From a bacterium (GTDB lineage: Bacteria > Patescibacteriota > Minisyncoccia > UBA6257 > GWB1-50-10): 64,000 bases of DNA. The position numbers were made by a program, and so were the translations under genes. How positions within the stretch are numbered: the first letter of the stretch is position 1; each line of letters starts with the position of its first letter. The stretch is taken from positions 32,763-96,762 of the forward strand of contig JAKANQ010000001.1 in NCBI GenBank assembly GCA_021812365.1, written 5' to 3'. Shown in pieces: positions 56,606 to 64,000 of this stretch. Below the pieces are notes generated by a model, which did not search any database, had not been told where the DNA came from, and was given only the letters and a program-made list of their open reading frames with translations.

Positions 56606-57196
56606 TCACACGCCCGTTGGATCCGAAAAAAGTATCCAAATGGTCCGTCCGAGTATTTGCATATCCAATATGAATGATTGATGCTCCAAATAATATTTAT
56701 CGAGTTCAAGCTCCTTTAAAAACGGGAGGGCCGAAGCACCGCTTACCTGTGAAAGTCCGGTAAGTCCTGCTTTTGCGGCTGACAGGCCTTTAAATTCTTC
56801 CGGATAGGCTGCAATTTCTCCCGGCTCATGAGGACGCGGTCCCACAAGAGAAAGGTCGCCCAAAAGAACATTGAAAAACTGCGGAAACTCATCAAGACGC
56901 AGTTTTCTCAATACTTTCCCCACCTTGGTCAATCTCGGATCATTCTTTATTTTAAAAAGAGGCCCGTCTCTCCTCTCATTCAGATGAATAAGATCCTTCT
57001 TCATCGCGTGAGCATTTCTCACCATTGAACGAAATTTACATATGAACACTCGACGACCGCCGCTTATCCGTTCAAGCGATACGAATACGGGCCAACCATC
57101 TTCCAAAAGAATTGCAAACGCTATTATCGGCGTAATAAAAATAAAGATGATTATCCCCAGGAGTGAGCCTATAACGTCGAATATTCGTTTGAACAC
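56606..57196 (-). CDS. Bacterial sugar (phosphoglycosyl) transferase
   Basis: KRIFDVIGS, KFRSM, DPRLTKVG, LDEFPQ, SLVGPRP; GTG start inferred. Confidence 0.9.
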   Translation of the reverse strand: MFKRIFDVIGSLLGIIIFIFITPIIAFAILLEDGWPVFVSLERISGGRRVFICKFRSMVRNAHAMKKDLIHLNERRDGPLFKIKNDPRLTKVGKVLRKLRLDEFPQFFNVLLGDLSLVGPRPHEPGEIAAYPEEFKGLSAAKAGLTGLSQVSGASALPFLKELELDKYYLEHQSFILDMQILGRTIWILFSDPTGV

Positions 57197-57213
57197 AGTT
57201 GTATAATAATACA
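57197..57213. promoter_or_regulatory. Overlapping bidirectional -10 elements
   Basis: TATAAT (+, 57202-57207) and TATTAT (-, 57203-57208), each 6 nt from a divergent start codon. Confidence 0.6.
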
Positions 57214-57486
57214 ATGAACTCGAAAAGCCTACTTATGTTCTATGGCAAAGAGTGTCCTCATTGTGAAAAAATGATGCCACTTGTTGAACAGCTTGAACGC
57301 GAATTGGACACATCCGTGCAACGGTTCGAGGTGTGGCATGACCCCGAGAATCAGGAGATGATGCAAAAATACGACCTTACGAGCTGCGGGGGCGTTCCTT
57401 TTTTCTTCAACACGAAAACGGAAAAATTCATCTGTGGAGAGGCTGATTATAATGACCTACTCGTGTGGGCCAAAGCGGATGGTTAA
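57214..57486 (+). CDS. Small thioredoxin/glutaredoxin-like protein
   Basis: FYGKECPHC, CGGVPFF. Confidence 0.8.
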   Translation: MNSKSLLMFYGKECPHCEKMMPLVEQLERELDTSVQRFEVWHDPENQEMMQKYDLTSCGGVPFFFNTKTEKFICGEADYNDLLVWAKADG

Positions 57487-58181
57487 TCTCTTGAGATAGC
57501 GACCGCAAACTCACCTTTTTGTTTTTCAAGATTCCCAATGTGCGAGAGAGCATCTTTTGCCGTACCCCTGAAGATGTCTTCGTGAAGTTTCGTCAGTTCT
57601 CTCCCCACCACGATCCTTCGATCATTTCCCAGAACCTCAACGATGCTTGAGAGAGCTTTCTCAATTCTATGGGGGGACTCATAAAACACGACAGGCCATG
57701 TCTCTAACTTTTGCAGACTCTCAAAAAAGGTCTTCCTCCCTTTTTTGTGAGGCGGATAACCTAAAAATGTGAATTGCTCAGTGTTAAATCCGGAAATTGA
57801 GAGCAAAGAAATCACTGCGGAAGCGCCGGGAATAGGAATTATCGGAACCTGAGGAAGTTCCTTTGAAACAATCTCAATAAGTCTGCTGCCCGGGTCGGCA
57901 ATTCCCGGCGTGCCCGCATCGGTCACCAAAGCGATATCCTTTCCATCTTTCAACATTTCCATCAGTTTTGCCGCCGCGCGATTGTGCGAATGTTCGTCAT
58001 AATGGAAAACGGGTTTTTGTATCTTGTAGTGAAAGAGTAGTTTTGAACTCACGCGCGTATCTTCCGCAAATATCGCATCAACACTCTTCAATGTTTCCAA
58101 TGCCCGCATTGTGATATCGCCCAAATTGCCAATGGGTGTTGCGACCATGAACAATGTTCCGTATTTCACATTTTCCATCAT
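57483..58181 (-). CDS. rsmI: 16S rRNA (cytidine1402-2'-O)-methyltransferase
   Basis: VATPIGNLGDIT.RA, EDTR, DAGTPGIADPG, YESPHR, RELTKLHE. Confidence 0.95.
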   Translation of the reverse strand: MMENVKYGTLFMVATPIGNLGDITMRALETLKSVDAIFAEDTRVSSKLLFHYKIQKPVFHYDEHSHNRAAAKLMEMLKDGKDIALVTDAGTPGIADPGSRLIEIVSKELPQVPIIPIPGASAVISLLSISGFNTEQFTFLGYPPHKKGRKTFFESLQKLETWPVVFYESPHRIEKALSSIVEVLGNDRRIVVGRELTKLHEDIFRGTAKDALSHIGNLEKQKGEFAVAISRD

Positions 58182-58235
58182 ATGCTAATAGTATAGATTA
58201 AAAAAATTAACCCCGCTTGTTGCAGGGTTAATCGA

Positions 58236-58556
58236 TTACTTCGTCTTCAAGCGTTCGCGGATCTTCTTACTTGAATAAGTGCGAACATGATAGAGCTTTG
58301 AAGTGTGCACCTTTTTCGGTGTTGAAAGTATCTCAACTTTCGCGATTGACGGAGAGTGCGCTTGGAATACCTTCTCAACGCCAACTTCCGAAATCACTGA
58401 ACGAACGGTAAATGACGCTCCCGCCTCAGAACCGTGTTTATGTGCAATAACGAGACCTTCAAATGCACTCTGGCGCTCCTTATCGCCTTCCTTGATGCGT
58501 TCCCATACGCGAACTTTCGCGCCTGAACGGATTTTCGAGAGAATGTCTTTTTCCAT
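58236..58556 (-). CDS. rplS: 50S ribosomal protein L19
   Basis: VRVWERIKEGDKERQSAFEGLVI, FTVR, GVEKVF..HSP. Confidence 0.93.
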   Translation of the reverse strand: MEKDILSKIRSGAKVRVWERIKEGDKERQSAFEGLVIAHKHGSEAGASFTVRSVISEVGVEKVFQAHSPSIAKVEILSTPKKVHTSKLYHVRTYSSKKIRERLKTK

Positions 58557-58603
58557 AACCAATACAGTGTAAAAGAAACAGTAAAAAAAATCAACCCCCG
58601 ACC

Positions 58604-59353
58604 TTAAAAGGCCTGATGAGATTCCAATATGTTGAGGGCTTTTTGGAGCTCTGTTGGAAGTTCCGCCTCAAGTTTCAACCTGTTTCCGTCCGGCGTACTG
58701 AACTCAATTGATTCGGCATGCAGAAAATGACGCTCGAGTCCAAGATTATTCGCTTTAGGTCCGTAAAGCGTATCACCCACTATCGGATGCCCTATTGAGG
58801 CGAGATGGACCCTTATCTGGTGAGTTCTTCCCGTATGAGGCGTTACATGAAGCAAAGAATAGTAGACCGCTCCTCTGCCGCCCAGCACACTCTGCTGATA
58901 GACCTTTGCCACCTTATAGTCGGTAACCGCATCCTTCACCATCTTCATATTTCTTGCCACCGTACTTCGTTTTATGGTTCCGGGTTTCAATCCAATCGGG
59001 GTATCTATCGTACCGCTCCCCAGGAGCCTGCCGTTTACCAGAGCAACGTATGTTTTTTTCACCTGATGATTCTGGAAAAGATCCTTCATAAAGCTGAAAA
59101 ATCTCTGATTTCTGGCTATCACAATGACGCCGGATGTATTTTTATCAAGCCTATGCATGATTCCGGGGCGGTTCTCGGGGTCATCTCCCACCTTCCTGAT
59201 CTCGGGGAACTCCTTTGAGGCGATATCCGCGAGCGTTCGCTCGCCTTCACGGCCCTCAAACCCCTTCACAGCATGCACAAGCATCCCGGCGGGCTTATTG
59301 TAGGCAACAAAGTCCTTTGTCTTATAAATGATGCTTTCCATGGTTCTGTTCAT
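58604..59353 (-). CDS. RluA-family pseudouridine synthase
   Basis: NKPAGMLVH, HRLDKNTSG, TGRTHQIRVH, GDTLYG. Confidence 0.93.
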   Translation of the reverse strand: MNRTMESIIYKTKDFVAYNKPAGMLVHAVKGFEGREGERTLADIASKEFPEIRKVGDDPENRPGIMHRLDKNTSGVIVIARNQRFFSFMKDLFQNHQVKKTYVALVNGRLLGSGTIDTPIGLKPGTIKRSTVARNMKMVKDAVTDYKVAKVYQQSVLGGRGAVYYSLLHVTPHTGRTHQIRVHLASIGHPIVGDTLYGPKANNLGLERHFLHAESIEFSTPDGNRLKLEAELPTELQKALNILESHQAF

Positions 59354-59546
59354 AGTATCACCAATATCCAAAAAACTCAATAAAATAAGGGGTTTTTACA
59401 TATGTTAGCCCCTAAAATGCCTTGCGAAGCTTGCAAAATTCGGGAAGACGTGCTAGGGTATGTATATAAAACCCCGTAGGGGGTTTTTCATTTGGGGCAT
59501 TAGTTAATACCCGTCGGCTCCAAGAATACAAAGACAAAAAAGACAA

Positions 59547-59993
59547 ATGACCGCAAAACTCGTATCAGCACTTATAAGCCTTTCAGTCTTCGCATTTCCG
59601 ACACCCTCGGATATACCCGCAACTGGAAGCCATGAGGCTATCACCAACGCCATCGTGCATGTCGCAAAGGCGGCTACAGGAAGCAGCGAAAACGAACCAA
59701 AGAACAAAATAATGAAACTTTGGGTTACCGCATACGCAAGCACTCCGGAAGAGACCGATTCGACTCCGTTCGAAACGGCAATGGGCACCTTCGTTCATGA
59801 TGGCATCGTTGCAACGAATATGCTTCCTTTCGGCACCAAAGTCTCATTTCCAAAACTTTTTGGCAATAAGATATTCGTAGTTGAGGATAGAATGAATGTT
59901 CGAAAGAAGAATTTCATTGATATTTGGATGCCTAAAAAGAGCGAAGCGGTGAAATTCGGGATTTCATACTCAGATGTTGTTGTGTGGGAATAG
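59547..59993 (+). CDS. 3D-domain (cell-wall/lytic transglycosylase-like) protein
   Basis: Signal peptide, VTAY, TDSTPF.TA, LPFGTKV, VEDRM, IDIWM. Confidence 0.85.
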   Translation: MTAKLVSALISLSVFAFPTPSDIPATGSHEAITNAIVHVAKAATGSSENEPKNKIMKLWVTAYASTPEETDSTPFETAMGTFVHDGIVATNMLPFGTKVSFPKLFGNKIFVVEDRMNVRKKNFIDIWMPKKSEAVKFGISYSDVVVWE

Positions 59994-60065
59994 TTCTGTA
60001 TATACCACCGCAAAAGCGCCACCAATGAAGGTGGCGCTTTTTATTTGAAATGATAAAATTACGCT

Positions 60066-61361
60066 ATGAATTTTCAAATTGAGGGTGGAAAGCCCTTATC
60101 AGGAACCATTTCAGTGAACTCCTCCAAAAATTCCGCGGTTGGTCTTTTATGCGCCTCCCTTCTCAATAAGAGCACGACGACCATCACCAATATGCCGAAG
60201 ATTGAGGAGGTATACCGAATAATCGAGGTTTTGGAAAGCATAGGCGTGAAAACCGAATGGAATGGCCCTTCGCTCACCATCACTCCCCCCAAAAAACTTT
60301 CCATACATTCGCTGAATGAGGAATCCGCAAAGAAAACTCGAAGCATTGTCATGTTCATGGGTCCGCTTGTGCATCTTTTTAAGACATTTAAGATTCCACA
60401 AACCGGTGGATGCAAACTTGGCTCACGAACCGTGCAGCCACACCTCTTTGCGCTTGAGAAGCTTGGCGTGTCTATTGCCACAAAAACGGACGCATATGAG
60501 GTAAGTGTCAACAAACTCCATGCTAGTGAGATAGTTCTCTATGAGTCCGGCGATACCGTCACTGAAAATGTGCTGATGGCGGCATCAAAGATTCAGGGCA
60601 AGACTCATGTGAAACTCGCTTCCGCAAACTATATGGTGCAGGACCTCTGCCACTTCCTTCAGCTTTTCGGAGTTCAAATTGATGGAATAGGCACCACCAC
60701 ACTCACCATACAGGGAGTGAAAGACATCAATATGCCCGTATCATATACCTTAAGCGAAGATCCTATTGAGGCGATGCTTTTTCTCTCTATCGCTGCGACC
60801 ACCAATTCACATATCACTATCACAAAATGCCCCATTGAATTCCTTGAACTTGAGCTTTTGAAGTTGGAAAAAATGGGGTTCAAATTCAAACTCTCGAAGA
60901 AGTATCTATCCGCAAACGGCTTTACCGAACTCGTCGACATTGAGACATTCCCTTCAAAATTGACCGCGGTTCACGAAAAGATATATGCGCGCCCATTTCC
61001 AGGACTTAACATCGACAATCTGCCATTCTTTGTTCCTATTGCCGCCCGCGCAAAAGGACAGACTTTGATTCATGACTGGGTATATGAAAATCGTGCGCTC
61101 TACTATTTGGAACTTTCAAAACTTGGCGTAAATCTTCTCCTTGCCGACCCGCATCGCGTCTTCATAACCGGACCTACAAAATTTAAGGCTGCCGAAGTGA
61201 TCTGTCCTCCCGCCTTGCGACCCGCCGCAATAATCATGATAACGATGCTTGCGGCACCGGGAACCTCACTTCTTCGAAATGTCTATTCTATCAATCGAGG
61301 ATATGAGGATATCGCGACAAGACTTAAGAAGATAGGAGCGCGCATTGAGATAGTGAAATAA
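60066..61361 (+). CDS. murA: UDP-N-acetylglucosamine 1-carboxyvinyltransferase
   Basis: SKNS, GGCKLGSR active-site Cys loop, YENR, LRPAA, RGYE. Confidence 0.92.
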   Translation: MNFQIEGGKPLSGTISVNSSKNSAVGLLCASLLNKSTTTITNMPKIEEVYRIIEVLESIGVKTEWNGPSLTITPPKKLSIHSLNEESAKKTRSIVMFMGPLVHLFKTFKIPQTGGCKLGSRTVQPHLFALEKLGVSIATKTDAYEVSVNKLHASEIVLYESGDTVTENVLMAASKIQGKTHVKLASANYMVQDLCHFLQLFGVQIDGIGTTTLTIQGVKDINMPVSYTLSEDPIEAMLFLSIAATTNSHITITKCPIEFLELELLKLEKMGFKFKLSKKYLSANGFTELVDIETFPSKLTAVHEKIYARPFPGLNIDNLPFFVPIAARAKGQTLIHDWVYENRALYYLELSKLGVNLLLADPHRVFITGPTKFKAAEVICPPALRPAAIIMITMLAAPGTSLLRNVYSINRGYEDIATRLKKIGARIEIVK

Positions 61362-61395
61362 TAAAAAACCGCCCTTTCCGGCAAGGGCGGTATTT

Positions 61396-61692
61396 CTATT
61401 TTGATTCCGCGGCCTCTTTTTTAGTGTCCGCTTCCTCTCCCGGATGCTTGAAGCGGGTGAGAAAATAACTCACCACGACCACGATAAGGGTGAGAAATAG
61501 AGCATACGTTATTTTTGCCGTGAGTCCATTTCCCGTAGGAAAAAGAACCTCAATAGCAGATTTTACCGCTTCATTCCACGCAAGACCAGCCACAAAACTG
61601 AAACTGGTGACAATGAGCGTGATCGTTTGATTTCTCGCTTCTCTGCGAAATCGCAGTTGTTCTCGCGTGAGTTTTTCCTTTATTTTACGCAT
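61396..61692 (-). CDS. Small 2-TM protein (DUF5654-like)
   Basis: FSFVAGLAWNEAVK...YA...T. Confidence 0.75.
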   Translation of the reverse strand: MRKIKEKLTREQLRFRREARNQTITLIVTSFSFVAGLAWNEAVKSAIEVLFPTGNGLTAKITYALFLTLIVVVVSYFLTRFKHPGEEADTKKEAAESK

Positions 61693-62299
61693 TCCTTAGT
61701 TGCTTGTAATTCTCCTCGATACTGTCCCAGTCAACGACGTTCCACCACTCGGTGATATATTCCGCGCGGCGGTTCTGAAACTTCAAATAATACGCGTGTT
61801 CCCACACGTCAAGGCACATGATAGGTTTCATACCCACCGAGAGCGGATTGTCCTGATTTGAACTCATCATTGTTTTCAATAAGCCATGCTCATCGATGAC
61901 GAGCCATGCCCAACCACTCCCGAATACGCCCGCGCCAAGCTTTGAAAAATCTTCCTTGAATTTCGCAAATCCTCCGAGGTCTTTTTCGATGAGTTCGCCA
62001 ACTTTCCCGGTCGGCATTCCGCCCTTATTCGGTCCCATACTTTTCCAAAAGAGCGTGTGTGCCACATGACCTCCGCCGTGATTTCTTACCGCTGTGCGTA
62101 TCGCTTCCGGAATTGCGCTCAGGTCGCGCAATAACTCTTCGGGACTTTTTGCCTGCAATTCAGGATTGTTCTCAACCGCCTCATTTAATTTCGCGACATA
62201 TGTTGCGTGATGCTTTGAATGATGAACCTCCATCGTTCGCGCATCTATGAATGGTTCTAACGCATCATATGCGTATGGTAATTTTGGTAATTCGTACAT
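61685..62299 (-). CDS. sodA: Mn/Fe superoxide dismutase
   Basis: LPYAYDALEP, HHSKHH, NHGGGH..H, DVWEHAYY. Confidence 0.93.
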   Translation of the reverse strand: MYELPKLPYAYDALEPFIDARTMEVHHSKHHATYVAKLNEAVENNPELQAKSPEELLRDLSAIPEAIRTAVRNHGGGHVAHTLFWKSMGPNKGGMPTGKVGELIEKDLGGFAKFKEDFSKLGAGVFGSGWAWLVIDEHGLLKTMMSSNQDNPLSVGMKPIMCLDVWEHAYYLKFQNRRAEYITEWWNVVDWDSIEENYKQLRNA

Positions 62300-62311
62300 A
62301 CGTACATTATA

Positions 62312-62980
62312 TCACGCCCTCGTGCGAGGGGTATGAAATCCTATAGGAATGATAAGTGCGTCTTTTTGCGTAAAACTACCCACGCGCGTGCGCATGAGCG
62401 CGGAAAGATACCCCCCTACACTCAGCTTTCTTCCGATGTCTCTTGCGAGCGAACGAATATAGACGCCGGGTCCCGTTACCACCTTTATCTTCAGGTAAGG
62501 CCACTTGAATGAAACGAGCTCTATCTTCTTTACTATCACCTTTCGCGCCTCAAGTTCAAGCTTCTCACCCGCACGCGTGCGCTCATATGCCCGTTCACCG
62601 CTCACTTTTATGGCGCTATATACCGGCGGCACCTGCATTATCTCACCCTCGAATTCCTTTAAAACATCATAAATCTGTTTGAGAGACGGCCGTCGTATCG
62701 GATGCACTTCCGTCTTAATGCCCTCGCTGTCATCCGTCGAACTTTCCTTACCCAAACGGATAGTTGCTTCGTACTCCTTCTCTTTGGCAACTTCCTCGCT
62801 TATTTTCTTTGTCGCCTCACGCCCTACCGCAATCACAAGCACGCCCGATGCTTTTGGATCCAGCGTTCCCGCATGTCCTATCTTCTTTTCGGTTATCCGC
62901 TTCTTTATCTCGCGAATGACATCATAAGAACTTGGACCTTTGGGCTTCCATACACCGAATATGCCTTTTAGCTCATCCAT
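62312..62980 (-). CDS. truB: tRNA pseudouridine(55) synthase
   Basis: KIGHAGTLDP.ASGVL, QVPPVYSAIKV, GVYIRSLARDIG. Confidence 0.95.
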   Translation of the reverse strand: MDELKGIFGVWKPKGPSSYDVIREIKKRITEKKIGHAGTLDPKASGVLVIAVGREATKKISEEVAKEKEYEATIRLGKESSTDDSEGIKTEVHPIRRPSLKQIYDVLKEFEGEIMQVPPVYSAIKVSGERAYERTRAGEKLELEARKVIVKKIELVSFKWPYLKIKVVTGPGVYIRSLARDIGRKLSVGGYLSALMRTRVGSFTQKDALIIPIGFHTPRTRA

Positions 62981-63683
62981 TGATCAAATTAGACGCAAGA
63001 TATGAGGCGATAGTTGCCGCAGTTTCGGCACGAAGCGTAAGAGCGCCCAATCCTGCGATGAGGAATCCGTTCTCTTTTGCTTCTACGAGCTCCTTATTGC
63101 CCCATCCGCCCTCGGGTCCGATAAAAATGCCGATGTTCTCTTTTCCCTCAAGCATGGCACCTGAAAATTGTTTCCCCGTTCCATCAAAAAAGATATTGAT
63201 GTCGTTCTTTGCCGCATCAGGAAGAACCTTTTCAAATGAGACGACGCCCGCTATCGCAGGCACAATTCCGCGGCCTGATTGCTCGGCTGCTTCCTTCACT
63301 ATCTTCTCAACTCGCTCCGTGCTGATATTCAACTTTACCGTACGCGATGAGATGATGGGTACGATACTCCGCACTCCGGCCTCAGTCGCCTTTTGCGCCG
63401 CAAGCTCAAAATTCTCCCTCTTCAGCGTTGAGAGATACAAGGTCACTTTTCGCTTTGGTTCATTTGTATTCATCATCCGCTCTACTACGTGAACCTCAAC
63501 GAAATTCTTTCCGCATTCCTCAATTCTGCAACGAGCCTCTTCCAAACTTCCCGTTGAAAGAATAAGCTCTTCTCCTTTCACAAGCTTAAGAACATTCTTT
63601 ATTTGATTTACCAAATCATCTTCGGTTATGCGAAGGTGCTCTTCTCGGATATTAAAATCGCCAATGAAGCGATGTATTTTCAT
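62973..63683 (-). CDS. rsmE: 16S rRNA (uracil1498-N3)-methyltransferase
   Basis: QKATEAGV, EAAEQSGR, IGPEGG, LRAETA. Confidence 0.95.
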   Translation of the reverse strand: MKIHRFIGDFNIREEHLRITEDDLVNQIKNVLKLVKGEELILSTGSLEEARCRIEECGKNFVEVHVVERMMNTNEPKRKVTLYLSTLKRENFELAAQKATEAGVRSIVPIISSRTVKLNISTERVEKIVKEAAEQSGRGIVPAIAGVVSFEKVLPDAAKNDINIFFDGTGKQFSGAMLEGKENIGIFIGPEGGWGNKELVEAKENGFLIAGLGALTLRAETAATIASYLASNLING

Positions 63684-63700
63684 ATCTCTAGACTACTACA

Positions 63701-63737
63701 AATGAATCCGCTCCTCAATTGAGGAGCGGATTCATTG
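63701..63737. terminator. Intrinsic terminator (long perfect inverted repeat)
   Basis: AATGAATCCGCTCCTCAA/TTGAGGAGCGGATTCATT. Confidence 0.7.
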
Positions 63738-63741
63738 ATTT

Positions 63742-63978
63742 CTATTTGATTCCTGCCGCTTCGTTTATCGCGCTCTTATCAAATCCTATGATTATCTTTC
63801 CATTGATATCAAGGACCGGCACGCCAAGCTGGCCTGATTTTTTTATCATTTCCTCACGAGCAACGAGGTCGGACATCACATCCTTATCCTCATAGTTGAC
63901 TCCTTTTTGGTCAAAATATGTCTTTGCCATCTTGCAATAGACACACGACGGGGTTGAATAGATTATCACTGGTTTCAT
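63742..63978 (-). CDS. Glutaredoxin/NrdH-like redoxin
   Basis: YSTPSCVYC, SGQLGVPV, IIGFD. Confidence 0.9.
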   Translation of the reverse strand: MKPVIIYSTPSCVYCKMAKTYFDQKGVNYEDKDVMSDLVAREEMIKKSGQLGVPVLDINGKIIIGFDKSAINEAAGIK

Positions 63979-64000
63979 ATTGTTATGATACCATATATGT

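Noticed and set aside
59460-59546. c-di-AMP (ydaO) riboswitch upstream of the 3D-domain gene
   Set aside because: Only a short hairpin and a CCCGTCGGCT resemblance; the leader is too short and the other conserved elements are not visible.

Overview
Bacterial chromosome fragment, most consistent with a small-genome Patescibacteria/CPR (Parcubacteria-like) organism. This is an inference from the compact genes, the scarcity of Shine-Dalgarno sites and the gene content. The left part (~2.1-16.3 kb) is an accessory, probably integrated element next to a tRNA-Gln gene. It contains: (1) a LexA-like repressor operon carrying DUF2188, two different ThsB-like TIR proteins and two uncharacterised membrane proteins, a Thoeris-like cassette with no recognisable ThsA; (2) a divergent Zn-ribbon / ParB-methyltransferase / small + large terminase operon with no portal, capsid or tail genes; (3) a membrane protein behind a highly structured ~180-nt RNA leader; (4) a large serine recombinase; (5) an Alw26I/Eco31I/Esp3I-type type IIS RM system. 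The tRNA-Gln(TTG) locus is nested: a complete copy flanked by inverted repeats sits inside a second copy split at the D-arm. The rest is housekeeping and envelope genes: two-component system, flavinylation/RnfD-like redox module, two MacAB-like ABC clusters, ECF sigma, glycosyltransferases, ahpC, DEAD helicase, dus, hisS, tRNA-Gly, lepA, rsmI, rplS, murA, sod, truB, rsmE. Many genes look leaderless, including an 18-bp-spaced bidirectional promoter. All calls come from motif reading only; no searches were run.
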